From a virus (lineage: Duplodnaviria; Caudoviricetes): 62,053 bases of DNA. This document shows positions 10,601 to 18,316 of this stretch, piece after piece (position 1 is the first letter of the stretch; each line of letters starts with the position of its first letter). Position numbers and translations under genes: made by a program. The stretch lies in IMG/VR virus record IMGVR_UViG_3300023174_000173, positions 1-62,053 of that record; one strand, given 5' to 3'. Under the pieces are notes generated by a model that was given only the letters and a program-made list of their open reading frames with translations, had not been told where the DNA came from and did not search any database.

Positions 10601-10791
10601 CCAGTAGTTGAATACGTACCAATACCCACTTCCCAATTACCATACGTATCAGTAGCAGCGTAGTAAGTTGTGTTGGTATCTCCAATAATTGAAAAGGACT
10701 GAAAACCGGTAACCGCGCCGACAAGTGTAAAACTAACGGTTGTATTTGCCGTAGCTATTTCTTGAACTCGGTCTTGTAAAACTAAAGCCAT
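7678..10791 (-). CDS. Tail fibre protein 1 with internal repeats
   Basis: MALVLQDRVQE anchor; ERMRID motif; four NLYM.GTA.N repeats; S/T/G/A-rich. Confidence 0.75.
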   Translation of the reverse strand: MALVLQDRVQEIATANTTVSFTLVGAVTGFQSFSIIGDTNTTYYAATDTYGNWEVGIGTYSTTGPTLTRTTILSSSNAGSAVTFSSDSGAVNVFCTYPSERALYVDSAGTTFNAPNTVITSSSSSPALTVTQTGAGNALLVEDSASPDSTPFVIDTNGRVITGKTSAITFVSGLAPQIQTLGSTNSLSADGVGRFSADVSAGYFAFLKSRNTTVGTIGAPSGAVANNDALGSILWIADDGATGIQAAQIAAVVDGAPGTNDMPTRLTFSTTADGASSLTERMRIDNAGQVQIGSSGATTAGRSLAITKNITGGASGTSYGVLLASTVLNDVSANARLFNALVALQTGTALTQLAYFRTEQGSFSGSSVGSQYGFLADSTLIGATNDYGFYGAIPFGTGQYNLYMQGTADNYMAGALGIGATALTGYSLRVNKDLTGATTAVAVDVSPVIQSVVTVSGTAFRTQMTTAASITVGNITHYNATQLTLGSASTVTNQYGYIAGASLVDASNNYGFYGNIPAATNRWNLYMQGTANNYMAGSLGIGATSVTSDALRIAKTITGGTASTGVSITSVVQSDVTSDARYYRTSAATAAAAFTLPTLNHFFAAQGTFGASSVVTNQAAFQIETNITGATNNYGFLGAIPAPTSGITTTGTVSSISSSGTTVTVNHSAGTYTVGQIVTVTATANATALVSGVPCTILTLGNTDWNALAGTTGVTYAIGSTLTTAIAGSGTGVVTLNIQGSGKTVAGAASGSFTFTSTTSQTFAAVTTTGSVVVSTRWNLYMQGTADNYMAGRLGIGTTSLTDRVLAVGANISGGATSSGTAYGVAVNSTIQSDVTSVSQIYRSSPSTQATSFTLTDLYHYTANQGTIGSGSSITRQYGFIAGASLVGALTANYGFYGDIPAATGRYNLYMAGTAQNWFNGDVLIYGAGGLGYTTGSGGAVTQLTSRTTGVTLNKTNGAITLFSAAGSITATTFTVTNSTVAATDVIHVSQKSGTNLYIAMVTATAAGSFNITFYTTGGVATDAPVFNFAVIKAVTA

Positions 10792-10793
10792 GA

Positions 10794-11039
10794 TTACTCC
10801 GTATTTATATCAGTCCAGCTTGAATTTGTAGCGGTGTCTATTAGCCCCCACAACGGGTCTATATAGGCTCCTTCGCTATTTATTGTTTGCCAATTTGCGT
10901 TTCCGTTAGTATAAATACTAGCCCACCCACGACCACTATAAAAATCTATAAAATTTATATTTTCTGTAATAGTAAGTACGTAAATAACTCCTACAAGAGA
11001 TGCAAACGGAGTTTCTGCAAATGCCGATGTGCCAAACAT
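10794..11039 (-). CDS. Small tail-associated protein
   Basis: MFGTSAFAETPFASL start and Trp-spaced C-terminus; coupled to neighbours. Confidence 0.55.
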   Translation of the reverse strand: MFGTSAFAETPFASLVGVIYVLTITENINFIDFYSGRGWASIYTNGNANWQTINSEGAYIDPLWGLIDTATNSSWTDINTE

Positions 11040-11647
11040 TATGAAGTAGCCGTTGTACTATAAATCACGACAAACCTGTCCCCATTTACTGCGACTCTAG
11101 CAGTGGTAAAATTACCCGCAGAATATAGCGTGCCTGTTGTGCTTAATTGCGCAGATACCGCGCCCGTACCAGTAGTCAAAAAACATCCTGCAATAATACC
11201 GCCAGCGCCTATAACTACATAACTAATCGCTAAAGCTGTACAAGTAGTTACGTTTGTAGGGGTTGTACCTAATGAAGTAGCCGCTGAAAATACAGCTTTA
11301 CCCCGCGCCGATACCCCATTTACTGTGTAGTTAGTAAATTCATAGGGGGCAATTATAGAAGACATTGTATCCGCGGCGGCAGGAATATAGCCGGGTTTTA
11401 ATAACCCAAGAAACGGCCCGGTAGTCGTATAAGTACCAGATGTGCGCAAAAGCGTATTAAACAGTAACTCTTTACCGCCAACCATGACTAGATTGGGAAA
11501 CTTCTCTTCCCATTTAATATTGCCATTTTTGTCATAACAAATAACGTGGTAATGGCCTTCAATATTGGAAGTTTCTGGAACGTTATTTCCTTTTATTTGC
11601 ATCGATGTTACGGCGCTATCTCCATAACTTCCAGATTCTTTTTGCAT
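11039..11647 (-). CDS. Tail-associated structural protein
   Basis: G.YHV.CYDK.G..KWEE...NLV and GTLYSAG.F motifs; late operon. Confidence 0.6.
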   Translation of the reverse strand: MQKESGSYGDSAVTSMQIKGNNVPETSNIEGHYHVICYDKNGNIKWEEKFPNLVMVGGKELLFNTLLRTSGTYTTTGPFLGLLKPGYIPAAADTMSSIIAPYEFTNYTVNGVSARGKAVFSAATSLGTTPTNVTTCTALAISYVVIGAGGIIAGCFLTTGTGAVSAQLSTTGTLYSAGNFTTARVAVNGDRFVVIYSTTATS

Positions 11648-11656
11648 AATAGTATC

Positions 11657-12088
11657 TTAAGGCAAACGAATTAACGCCGTTGTTGCTGAATTAACAGGCA
11701 TAGTAACGGTATTGTTAATTGCATTAAACGATTTGTCTGCGCCAAAATCCAGTACTAGCACGGACTTATTACTACTGCTTGTGTTGTATATCAAAGCGCC
11801 TCGGGCGGTAAAGCTAGCGTTAGGCCAAGACACGTTATTAAAACTAACATACACGGTTCCCGTAGTCGTATCTGTGCTTATTGTTGCGCCTGTTACGAGA
11901 TTGCCACCTGTCGTATACCCTGTTCCAAAAGACGCTACTTCGCCATTGGTTGTATAAGCCGTAGTTGCCGCCCCAATTGATGCAAAAGACGTATACAGGG
12001 ACATCTTTAAAGTACCTGTAATAATATTCTGACCTGCTTGGAACATGTCATTTTTAAAACTGTTTGTTAGACCTTGTTGAATAGCCAT
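11657..12088 (-). CDS. Tail-associated structural protein
   Basis: TARGALIYN...VLDFGADK motif. Confidence 0.65.
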   Translation of the reverse strand: MAIQQGLTNSFKNDMFQAGQNIITGTLKMSLYTSFASIGAATTAYTTNGEVASFGTGYTTGGNLVTGATISTDTTTGTVYVSFNNVSWPNASFTARGALIYNTSSSNKSVLVLDFGADKSFNAINNTVTMPVNSATTALIRLP

Positions 12089-13020
12089 TATGGAGCTGCC
12101 TTCCCTTTGTATTGACCATCACGATATGTATCACCGCGCTCCAGAGCACCACCCAAACGAATAAGTTGTCCTATAGCGTCTTGGAATTTTTTGTCGTAAG
12201 TAGCCATCATATCAGCCTCACCCTTCATGAAAATATATGCTTCGACCAAAGAGCCGTAAAGCAACACAGGGGAGTAGTTATCACCAATCCATGAAGTGCC
12301 AGTAGGATTACTTATATTGTTTACGATTGCAGTAAAGCCTGTACCATTTCCTATAAGATTTGAAGGAGCTGACAAAACATCACCCACAAGATAATACGAA
12401 CCCGGGGCTGTTATTGTTACAGAATCAACAAAATTTCCAGCGACTATAATAGTCGCCTGTGCGCCAAAACCTGATCCGCCTGTTAATGGGACATTGTAAT
12501 AAACCCCATTAGTGTAATCGAAGTTACCGGCGTTATCTAATGTAGACGCAGTAATGCTCCCTTGCACAATTGATTCGGGATAATAGTAATAGTGCAGTTC
12601 TACGTTGTATGAAAAGTCTGGCGTAGGGGCGACAATAAAACTTAATTCGTTTGTAATAGTCCCAGAAACTACAGTAGGCCCAAACAATGCGTAGTACTGT
12701 GGTATGCCTCGGGCGCTATCATTAACATTTGGGTACGCTGATCGTAAGAAGCTAACGTCTTTATTCAGCATGTACTCGTAGTTCAAATCATTATCGATAG
12801 TCGCTAACGAAAATACAGACAAAAAATCATTAGGGCAAGATAAATACTTATTACCGTAATCAAATACGCCTGTAACACTTTTACGTAGTGCTGGAAACAA
12901 CACAGTGTTGGATATTCGGTCTTCTGCCTGTCTAACAAACGTAGAAATATTATTTACGAAAGTAGTTTCGTAGTTTTGAGTATAGTTCTGTATAGCATCA
13001 GATAACGCTGTGTAGTTCAT
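12088..13020 (-). CDS. Head-tail adaptor / tail tubular A-like protein with an inserted beta module
   Basis: MNYTAL..AIQNY, P.YYA, APTPD, LLYGSLVEAYIFMKGE. Confidence 0.65.
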   Translation of the reverse strand: MNYTALSDAIQNYTQNYETTFVNNISTFVRQAEDRISNTVLFPALRKSVTGVFDYGNKYLSCPNDFLSVFSLATIDNDLNYEYMLNKDVSFLRSAYPNVNDSARGIPQYYALFGPTVVSGTITNELSFIVAPTPDFSYNVELHYYYYPESIVQGSITASTLDNAGNFDYTNGVYYNVPLTGGSGFGAQATIIVAGNFVDSVTITAPGSYYLVGDVLSAPSNLIGNGTGFTAIVNNISNPTGTSWIGDNYSPVLLYGSLVEAYIFMKGEADMMATYDKKFQDAIGQLIRLGGALERGDTYRDGQYKGKAAP

Positions 13021-13049
13021 TGTAAACTTATTCCTAGGTCACTGTAAAC

Positions 13050-13331
13050 TTAACCCATAGGGCCACGAGCCATTACACCTTTAGTAGCTGCACCTGTACC
13101 ACGGATTTTAATTTCGCCGTGTTTGTTAATGTTAGTGTTCGCTGGGTCACCCGCGCTTACACGACGTGCTGGCATACCACCGGGAGTAGACTCTTTAGCA
13201 TTCATGGTGTTAGGATCGGTTTTGTAACCAATATCCATACCAACAGGTTTACCCTTCATATCGTGCGGAGCAGCATACACAGCGCCTTGGCCTACTTCTT
13301 TGCCTTTAACTTTTTGTGAAAATTTAGCCAT
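13050..13331 (-). CDS. Small basic protein
   Basis: IRGTGAATKG..ARGPM C-terminus; TAATG-coupled. Confidence 0.6.
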   Translation of the reverse strand: MAKFSQKVKGKEVGQGAVYAAPHDMKGKPVGMDIGYKTDPNTMNAKESTPGGMPARRVSAGDPANTNINKHGEIKIRGTGAATKGVMARGPMG

Positions 13332-13540
13332 TATCGACTCCGTTGGTTATTAGCACGAGCCATATTACGACCAACTTGTTTCATTGCCAGCGAAGTTACA
13401 CCGCCTTTTTTCAAAGAAAGCTTAGTACCTTTGCCGCCTTTGTGTTCTTGGGCATCATGCTGCTTGAATGCCTTTTTAATCATAGCCTTGTCTTGCGCTT
13501 TGTCCATCTTCATGTCTTCTTTGCTGTCACTCTTTGCCAT
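13331..13540 (-). CDS. Small basic protein
   Basis: Lys-rich, LKKGG, GRNMARA; SD GGAG. Confidence 0.6.
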   Translation of the reverse strand: MAKSDSKEDMKMDKAQDKAMIKKAFKQHDAQEHKGGKGTKLSLKKGGVTSLAMKQVGRNMARANNQRSR

Positions 13541-13549
13541 GTCTTACTC

Positions 13550-13972
13550 CTACGAGATTGTCACACTGCTTACGACAGTTGGTGACGTTAAATAATTGGG
13601 CGTTAACCCTGCATCGTTTGCACTTGCTCCACCAACAGGTCGCCAACCCCACTGGAAAACTCGGCTACCACCACTAGGATCGCCATTCGAATCTTCCGAC
13701 GAACTAGGCGTATTTGTTAACTGTAATCCAGAATACCCAGATTGATAATAACTACTGTCTGGTCTTGGTTCTCGTACCGCTTGCGGATCATTAACAGGAT
13801 ATAGCCCTAATGATAACTGAGGTTGATCCGGTTCCCAACAATTTTTACAAACCTTGATTGATACTAGTTTTGTTTTGATTGTCAGCTTACGTAATTCTTT
13901 TAACATATACCGAAAACCACAACGGTCACATTCGGCAATTGCGTGTTTACCGCTGGAATACTTACTTGGCAT
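13550..13972 (-). CDS. Zn-finger protein in head-completion region
   Basis: CDRC...CKNC.EPDQPQ. Confidence 0.65.
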   Translation of the reverse strand: MPSKYSSGKHAIAECDRCGFRYMLKELRKLTIKTKLVSIKVCKNCWEPDQPQLSLGLYPVNDPQAVREPRPDSSYYQSGYSGLQLTNTPSSSEDSNGDPSGGSRVFQWGWRPVGGASANDAGLTPNYLTSPTVVSSVTIS

Positions 13973-13975
13973 ACA

Positions 13976-14725
13976 TCACCTATAGAACGTAATACGCGGC
14001 ACAAATCTATCCGGCGCTTTTTCCCTATCTTCGGATGTTGCAAGATCCCAAGCTTCGTCGTATTGTGCTTTAAGCATGGCTATTCTATCCATCGGCACCT
14101 CTATCTTTTTGGCGGCAATCATATATGCCAACCCAGCTACAAGTGCGTTTTGGAAACGGAATGGTATATCTTCAGCATTAACGCCTGTACCGGCATCCTT
14201 CATACGGCGCAAACGCCAGTAAACAAAATAATAATAAGGCGACGCTTCTGTACCTTGATCTGGTGAAGGCCATATATTAATTTGAGGAGGATAAAATACG
14301 GGACTCCCACCACTGCTTAATTCCGATTGACCATTTCGGCGGTTTACCCACACTTGAATTGGAAAACCTTGCGCTAACTTGTTTGGTATAGTTGAATACG
14401 TTGATACACTAATTCTGCTGATATTTATATCTGTCTGATTACCCAATTGTCCGGAATTGGTACGTATAACATGCTCAAGAAGATCAATGGTGTCATCAGG
14501 TAAATCATATACGTATTGCCCCTGTATTAACGGTATTTGCTTTTGCTCGATAGTCCACAGGTTAATGCCACGATTAGCCCATTCTGTAGTCAGAAAATTT
14601 AAACTACGTCGTGCGGTGCGAAAGTCATATCCCGTACGCAATTCCAAGCCGCAACGCTCGAACGCCTCTTCCATCAACTCATTAAGAGTTGGGTTAAAGG
14701 TAGTTGTACTAGCTACGTAGGCCAT
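13976..14725 (-). CDS. Head-to-tail adaptor (P22 gp4-like)
   Basis: EEAFERCG..RTGYD..TARRSLN..EWANRGINLW; GLAY; EDREKA. Confidence 0.7.
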   Translation of the reverse strand: MAYVASTTTFNPTLNELMEEAFERCGLELRTGYDFRTARRSLNFLTTEWANRGINLWTIEQKQIPLIQGQYVYDLPDDTIDLLEHVIRTNSGQLGNQTDINISRISVSTYSTIPNKLAQGFPIQVWVNRRNGQSELSSGGSPVFYPPQINIWPSPDQGTEASPYYYFVYWRLRRMKDAGTGVNAEDIPFRFQNALVAGLAYMIAAKKIEVPMDRIAMLKAQYDEAWDLATSEDREKAPDRFVPRITFYR

Positions 14726-14902
14726 TTACTTTTTCATACCTTTGAGTGTCTCTGCAAGACGAGCACGTTGCCCCAATTTGCCGGGCTTTTTCGCAGCGGC
14801 TGCAAGCTTCTTTGCCGGTATCGGCTGTCCTTCTTTTGCGCCAAGTTGAGCACGAAGAGAACCGGGTTTCTTTATTGCCTTCTGTATCCATTTTTCAGCC
14901 AT
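14726..14902 (-). CDS. Small basic protein (58 aa, not in ORF track)
   Basis: MAEKWIQKAIKKPGSLRAQLG...RARLAETLKGMKK; coupled at both ends. Confidence 0.7.
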   Translation of the reverse strand: MAEKWIQKAIKKPGSLRAQLGAKEGQPIPAKKLAAAAKKPGKLGQRARLAETLKGMKK

Positions 14903-15135
14903 TATCTAAACCCCGCTGTTTTCTTTGCAATGTTTTTAGGTTGCGCTACAAACTGTTTACCTGCTGCTTTCCCTGCCCGCTTTGCCTTCGTTGTGGCGGC
15001 ATACTCGGCTGGGCTTAATGCCTTGATTGCCTTTTCCGGGAGATAACGTTCTCCTGTCTTTGACGATGGCTTTCCACTTTTGGTTGTCCATTTCTGGTCA
15101 CCCCAATTTTTAAGAGACTGTTGCGGGGCTTTCAA
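14902..15135 (-). CDS. Small basic protein (DUF5872-like)
   Basis: QQSLKNW..QKWTTKSG...ERYLP. Confidence 0.65.
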   Translation of the reverse strand: MKAPQQSLKNWGDQKWTTKSGKPSSKTGERYLPEKAIKALSPAEYAATTKAKRAGKAAGKQFVAQPKNIAKKTAGFR

Positions 15136-15248
15136 TCTTTTGCTTCCTCTTTTTCCAACAACTCAAGGTCTATCTGCTCGTCTGTCATGGCATCGCAAGT
15201 ACATTCACCTGTTATGTCAACCAAGCAATCTTCTAAGTGTTCAGTCAC
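15132..15248 (-). CDS. Small acidic Cys-containing peptide (38 aa, GTG start, not in track)
   Basis: VTEHLEDCLVDITGECTCDAMTDEQIDLELLEKEEAKD; fills the gap with overlapping start and stop. Confidence 0.45.
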   Translation of the reverse strand: MTEHLEDCLVDITGECTCDAMTDEQIDLELLEKEEAKD

Positions 15249-15510
15249 GGTAACCTCCACCAGCGGCCTTATATTTTTTTGCTACTAGCTGACTTTTACG
15301 GGCTGACCATTGACCTGCGCCCGTGCCCTGTGTTGCTGCGGCTTTTACTTGGTTAACAATACGTTTGCGCAAGCTTGGCTTGGTATAGTTACCAGCAGCG
15401 TTTACCCCGCCGCCTTCTTTGTACACCTTCACGGGTTCATTACCATCTTTCTTCTTGATGGTTTTGATTTTGGCGGGGTTAATATCACCCATCCCGCGTG
15501 AGGCCATCAT
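15241..15510 (-). CDS. Small basic protein (DUF5872-like)
   Basis: NYTKPSLRK...GQWSARKSQL..K.YK.AGGGY. Confidence 0.65.
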   Translation of the reverse strand: MMASRGMGDINPAKIKTIKKKDGNEPVKVYKEGGGVNAAGNYTKPSLRKRIVNQVKAAATQGTGAGQWSARKSQLVAKKYKAAGGGYRD

Positions 15511-15857
15511 TACTTACGACCTTTAGGCATACCGCCGCCACACATTTTAATATCTTTACCTTTGGTTTTACCTTTAACAGCAATACCATCAGCCGATTTG
15601 TGACCAGCAGCCAAACCACCCGAAGCCATTTTCTTAGCTGGTTTGTCACCTGTTTTTTTCTTCATCATTGCCATCATACCGGGATTCATTTTCGAAGCCA
15701 TATCACCACCCTTTTTAAAAGTTTTGCCTTTATCCGCCGCAGCGAAATCTTTACCCACAGATTGATTGATACCAACCTTCTTAGCAAAAGCGGGATTGTG
15801 GGCAACCGCTTCCATAAAGTTATGTTGCTTTTTACTTGTGCTCGGCATTACTATCAA
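15510..15857 (-). CDS. Small basic protein
   Basis: MPSTSKKQHNFM.AVAH..., ADGIAVKGKTKG; probable start at MPST. Confidence 0.65.
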   Translation of the reverse strand: MIVMPSTSKKQHNFMEAVAHNPAFAKKVGINQSVGKDFAAADKGKTFKKGGDMASKMNPGMMAMMKKKTGDKPAKKMASGGLAAGHKSADGIAVKGKTKGKDIKMCGGGMPKGRK

Positions 15858-16038
15858 CTTTTTTCTTACTAATTAATTGGGCAAAAGTTTTGCCTGTAAC
15901 CATCTCAGCTATGCGCATCAATGTCCAAATGGCGGCAATTAAACCAAATAGAGGAGAGAGTAAGTTAAGAAAAGCCAAAAACCCTACCCCAGCGGATAAG
16001 ACATCTAGCGATTGCTTGACAACGTCGTGATTTTCCAT
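15832..16038 (-). CDS. Small membrane protein (holin-like)
   Basis: One to two hydrophobic helices, basic tail. Confidence 0.55.
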   Translation of the reverse strand: MENHDVVKQSLDVLSAGVGFLAFLNLLSPLFGLIAAIWTLMRIAEMVTGKTFAQLISKKKVDSNAEHK

Positions 16039-16039
16039 A

Positions 16040-16293
16040 TTAGCATTTCCATCTTTTTAGTGATGCTGCTTTGCGGGTAGGCTTGCCATTCTCATCTTTC
16101 ATAGGACCCGGCATACCAGACATACGAGCGCAGAAAGATTTCTTACGTGGGCCACCTTCAGGCTGTGGAGCTTTTAGATGAGACCCTGTTGCCGCGTTGT
16201 ACTTAGCACGACCTTTGGCAGTAAGTCCCGCCCCCTGCTTGACTGGAAGCTTTTCACCACGACCAACTGCAAGGGATGGGGTTTTCTTAGCCA
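16040..16293 (-). CDS. Small basic protein (DUF6321-like)
   Basis: GLTAKGRA..., RKKSFCARM.G, SLKRWKC; probable start MAKKTP. Confidence 0.65.
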
Positions 16294-16580
16294 TAGAACA
16301 CCGTAATACCGGTAACAGAGCCAACACTAATGGTAAGGTACAAACCTACAGAAGCCAAAATGCCCTCACCCGGAACTACCATAGAAAACGTATTTGGTGT
16401 TCCAATGCTTGCAATATCCATTGTGTACAGAATGGGGCCTGTGGAACTTCCATCACGAATTTCAAATGTCGCGGCTGTGCTTGCTTTGGGGTTAACAATA
16501 AAACCTCTAAGACGTGTTCGCCCAACGTAGTAAGAACCCGCAACGCTTAAATGGGCACTTTTAACGTCCGTTTGCATCAT
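16287..16580 (-). CDS. Small beta-sandwich virion protein
   Basis: MQTDVKS...PGEGIL...TVFYG; SD AAGGAG. Confidence 0.6.
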   Translation of the reverse strand: MMQTDVKSAHLSVAGSYYVGRTRLRGFIVNPKASTAATFEIRDGSSTGPILYTMDIASIGTPNTFSMVVPGEGILASVGLYLTISVGSVTGITVFYG

Positions 16581-16597
16581 AATAATCTCCTTGTTTT

Positions 16598-16617
16598 AAA
16601 GGGGGCCGTAGCCCCCC
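16598..16617 (-). terminator. GC hairpin with cUACGg loop after the 176-aa gene
   Basis: Minus strand GGGGGC-TACG-GCCCCC-TTT. Confidence 0.5.
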
Positions 16618-16623
16618 AGATTA

Positions 16624-17154
16624 TTAGTTTTGCGACGAAGAAGGAAGCTGAGCGCCATTGGAGTTAGCAACCACATATATAACAGTGTACTGAACTGTAC
16701 CGGCAGTAACCGCCGAAGTAGTAGGTGTCATAGTAGCGATAACTTTAACGTCTGTTGAACCAATACCAGCGCCATTAGGAGACGCAGTAGTAGCAGCGCC
16801 ACACCAGTTAACCAACTTAGCAGCAGCATTCGTGTACGCCAAACGTCCTTGTGAAGTTACGTCTGTAGAAGCCCAATACAAGTTAGCGGTAGTGCCATCG
16901 CCTAAAGTTAAGTTTGCCGCAGTAGAACCAGTAAAAGCTACGAGCGTATCAATCTTAATATCAACGATCTGTGCGCCAGCAGGTAGTACGCAAACGGTGT
17001 CTGTAGTCGCCGAAGCGGCTTGACCAGTGTAGTCTTTCTTGAAGGTCTGCGAGCAAATAGTCGCGCCCAAGTTTTCAATAGTACCGACAGTAGTGCCGGT
17101 GGTGTTTTTAATTGTGCCCAAAAGCCAAGGGCCAAGGTGAGTAGCGAAACCCAT
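16624..17154 (-). CDS. Capsid decoration-like virion protein
   Basis: LPAGAQIVDI.ID...AF motif; beta-rich; downstream of MCP. Confidence 0.55.
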   Translation of the reverse strand: MGFATHLGPWLLGTIKNTTGTTVGTIENLGATICSQTFKKDYTGQAASATTDTVCVLPAGAQIVDIKIDTLVAFTGSTAANLTLGDGTTANLYWASTDVTSQGRLAYTNAAAKLVNWCGAATTASPNGAGIGSTDVKVIATMTPTTSAVTAGTVQYTVIYVVANSNGAQLPSSSQN

Positions 17155-17163
17155 AATGAATTG

Positions 17164-17225
17164 TCCTTACATGCAAGTTAGGCGTATCTATCTGCATGTC
17201 GTCAGCCGGGGCTGTTAGATACACC
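17164..17225 (-). ncRNA. Candidate pseudoknotted 5'-UTR element adjacent to the SD
   Basis: 17181-17190 pairs with 17216-17225; inner hairpin 17203-17214; 17193-17199 pairs with 17169-17175 next to SD AAGGA. Confidence 0.55.
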
Positions 17226-17244
17226 GGAATCCCGGAATGCTCAC

Positions 17245-17272
17245 TTTATATCACACTTATTTAAAAATGCAA
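17245..17272 (-). promoter_or_regulatory. Candidate late promoter
   Basis: TTGCAT-16 nt-TATAAA with TG extension; same layout as 27264-27291. Confidence 0.5.
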
Positions 17273-17288
17273 GTACAATCCGCGCATT

Positions 17289-17651
17289 ATGCCCGCTAAA
17301 GACAAAGAAAAACGAAACGCTATAAACCGAGCAAGCTATGCGCGTAATAAAGACGCACGGCAAAAACAAAACCGCGAGAAAAAAGCAACAGCAAAACAAA
17401 AATGGAAAGAATTTAAAAGCACGTTATCGTGTGTACAGTGTGGACAAAACCATCCAGCTACCCTAGATTTTCACCACATAGAACGGCACCCAGACAACCG
17501 TAAAGTTAATAAGCTATTAACTAATAAAGCTTTCAAACAAGCAGCAGAAGAAGTCAAAAAGTGTATGGTGTTATGCAGCAATTGCCATAGAATCCACCAT
17601 CACAACGAACGCCTAGAAAAGAAAAAGGGAGCCGAAGCTCCCTCTTATTAA
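17289..17651 (+). CDS. HNH endonuclease (antisense to late operon)
   Basis: CVQC...LDFHH...C.VLCSNCHRIHH. Confidence 0.8.
   Translation: MPAKDKEKRNAINRASYARNKDARQKQNREKKATAKQKWKEFKSTLSCVQCGQNHPATLDFHHIERHPDNRKVNKLLTNKAFKQAAEEVKKCMVLCSNCHRIHHHNERLEKKKGAEAPSY
17617..17647 (-). terminator. Rho-independent terminator (possibly bidirectional)
   Basis: Minus strand AGGGAGC-TTCG-GCTCCCT-TTTTCTTTT. Confidence 0.75.
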
Positions 17652-17962
17652 CCCTCTACTACTTCGTCAGTGTATAAAACCCAATCATCAGACTCATCGT
17701 CGTAAAAATAGGTGTTATCTAAGTCATCAAAATACCAAACTGTACCGTCTTCACCAACTTCAGCCCAGTCATCCAAGTCTTCATCGTAGTAATACATGGA
17801 ATCTTGTTCGTCGTCGTAATACCAAATAACGCCGTCTTCATCAATGTCGCACTCAACATCGTACTCTTCATCTAATTCTTCAACAATTTCTAAGCCCAAA
17901 GCCGCCAACAATTCTTCCCAATCAACCAAAAAAGTAATAGACGTAAACATAACAATCTCCAT
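17648..17962 (-). CDS. Highly acidic, aromatic repeat protein (DNA-mimic candidate)
   Basis: About 39 D/E in 104 aa, no K/R/H; two internal EDG..WY.DD...Y.YD...DDW repeats. Confidence 0.65.
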   Translation of the reverse strand: MEIVMFTSITFLVDWEELLAALGLEIVEELDEEYDVECDIDEDGVIWYYDDEQDSMYYYDEDLDDWAEVGEDGTVWYFDDLDNTYFYDDESDDWVLYTDEVVEG

Positions 17963-18052
17963 AGGTAATTAGCAGCTTTTACTAGCCGCAGACATTATCC
18001 TACACCACGATTGTGACAAATGAAATGCGGCTAACTTTGGATTATTAATGAA

Positions 18053-18256
18053 TCACATGCGCTCTACTGACTCATAAGCGAGCAATTTATGACGTAGTCT
18101 TGCTATTTCGGCATCACGTTCGTTTATTTTTTTCTGTAAATGTTCACTTAAATCGTAAACTGCTGCAATTTTTTCAAACCGTTCTTTATGGTCTGCCATC
18201 ATCATGTTGTACAAACGTTCTGAGGCTTCGATTTGTTTTTGTATAAAATTATCCAT
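18053..18256 (-). CDS. Small coiled-coil protein
   Basis: SD GAGGG; heptad-like helix. Confidence 0.55.
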   Translation of the reverse strand: MDNFIQKQIEASERLYNMMMADHKERFEKIAAVYDLSEHLQKKINERDAEIARLRHKLLAYESVERM

Positions 18257-18268
18257 AATACCCTCGCT

Positions 18269-18294
18269 AAAAGAAAACGGGGCCGAAGCCCCGT
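18269..18294 (-). terminator. Terminator after major capsid gene
   Basis: Minus strand ACGGGGC-TTCG-GCCCCGT-TTTCTTTT. Confidence 0.8.
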
Positions 18295-18316
18295 CTAATT
18301 ACTTTAACACATCCGA

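Noticed and set aside
7678-10791. Diversity-generating retroelement TR/VR pair
   Set aside because: Repeats diverge mainly at synonymous positions rather than specifically at adenines, and no reverse transcriptase is present
13021-13052. Direct repeat tgtaaactta, two copies
   Set aside because: Short local duplication in a 30-bp intergenic gap with no supporting context
14709-14891. 60-aa ORF from the track (MDTEGNK...)
   Set aside because: The alternative frame 14726-14902 is coupled at both ends and fits the neighbouring basic-protein pattern
17196-17210. Hammerhead ribozyme (CUGACGA on the minus strand)
   Set aside because: No correctly placed GAAA or stem III/NUH
17996-18030. Pho box upstream of the acidic protein gene
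   Set aside because: One good half-site (TTGTCAC) lies 10 nt before TAGGAT on the minus strand, but the other half matches only 3/7
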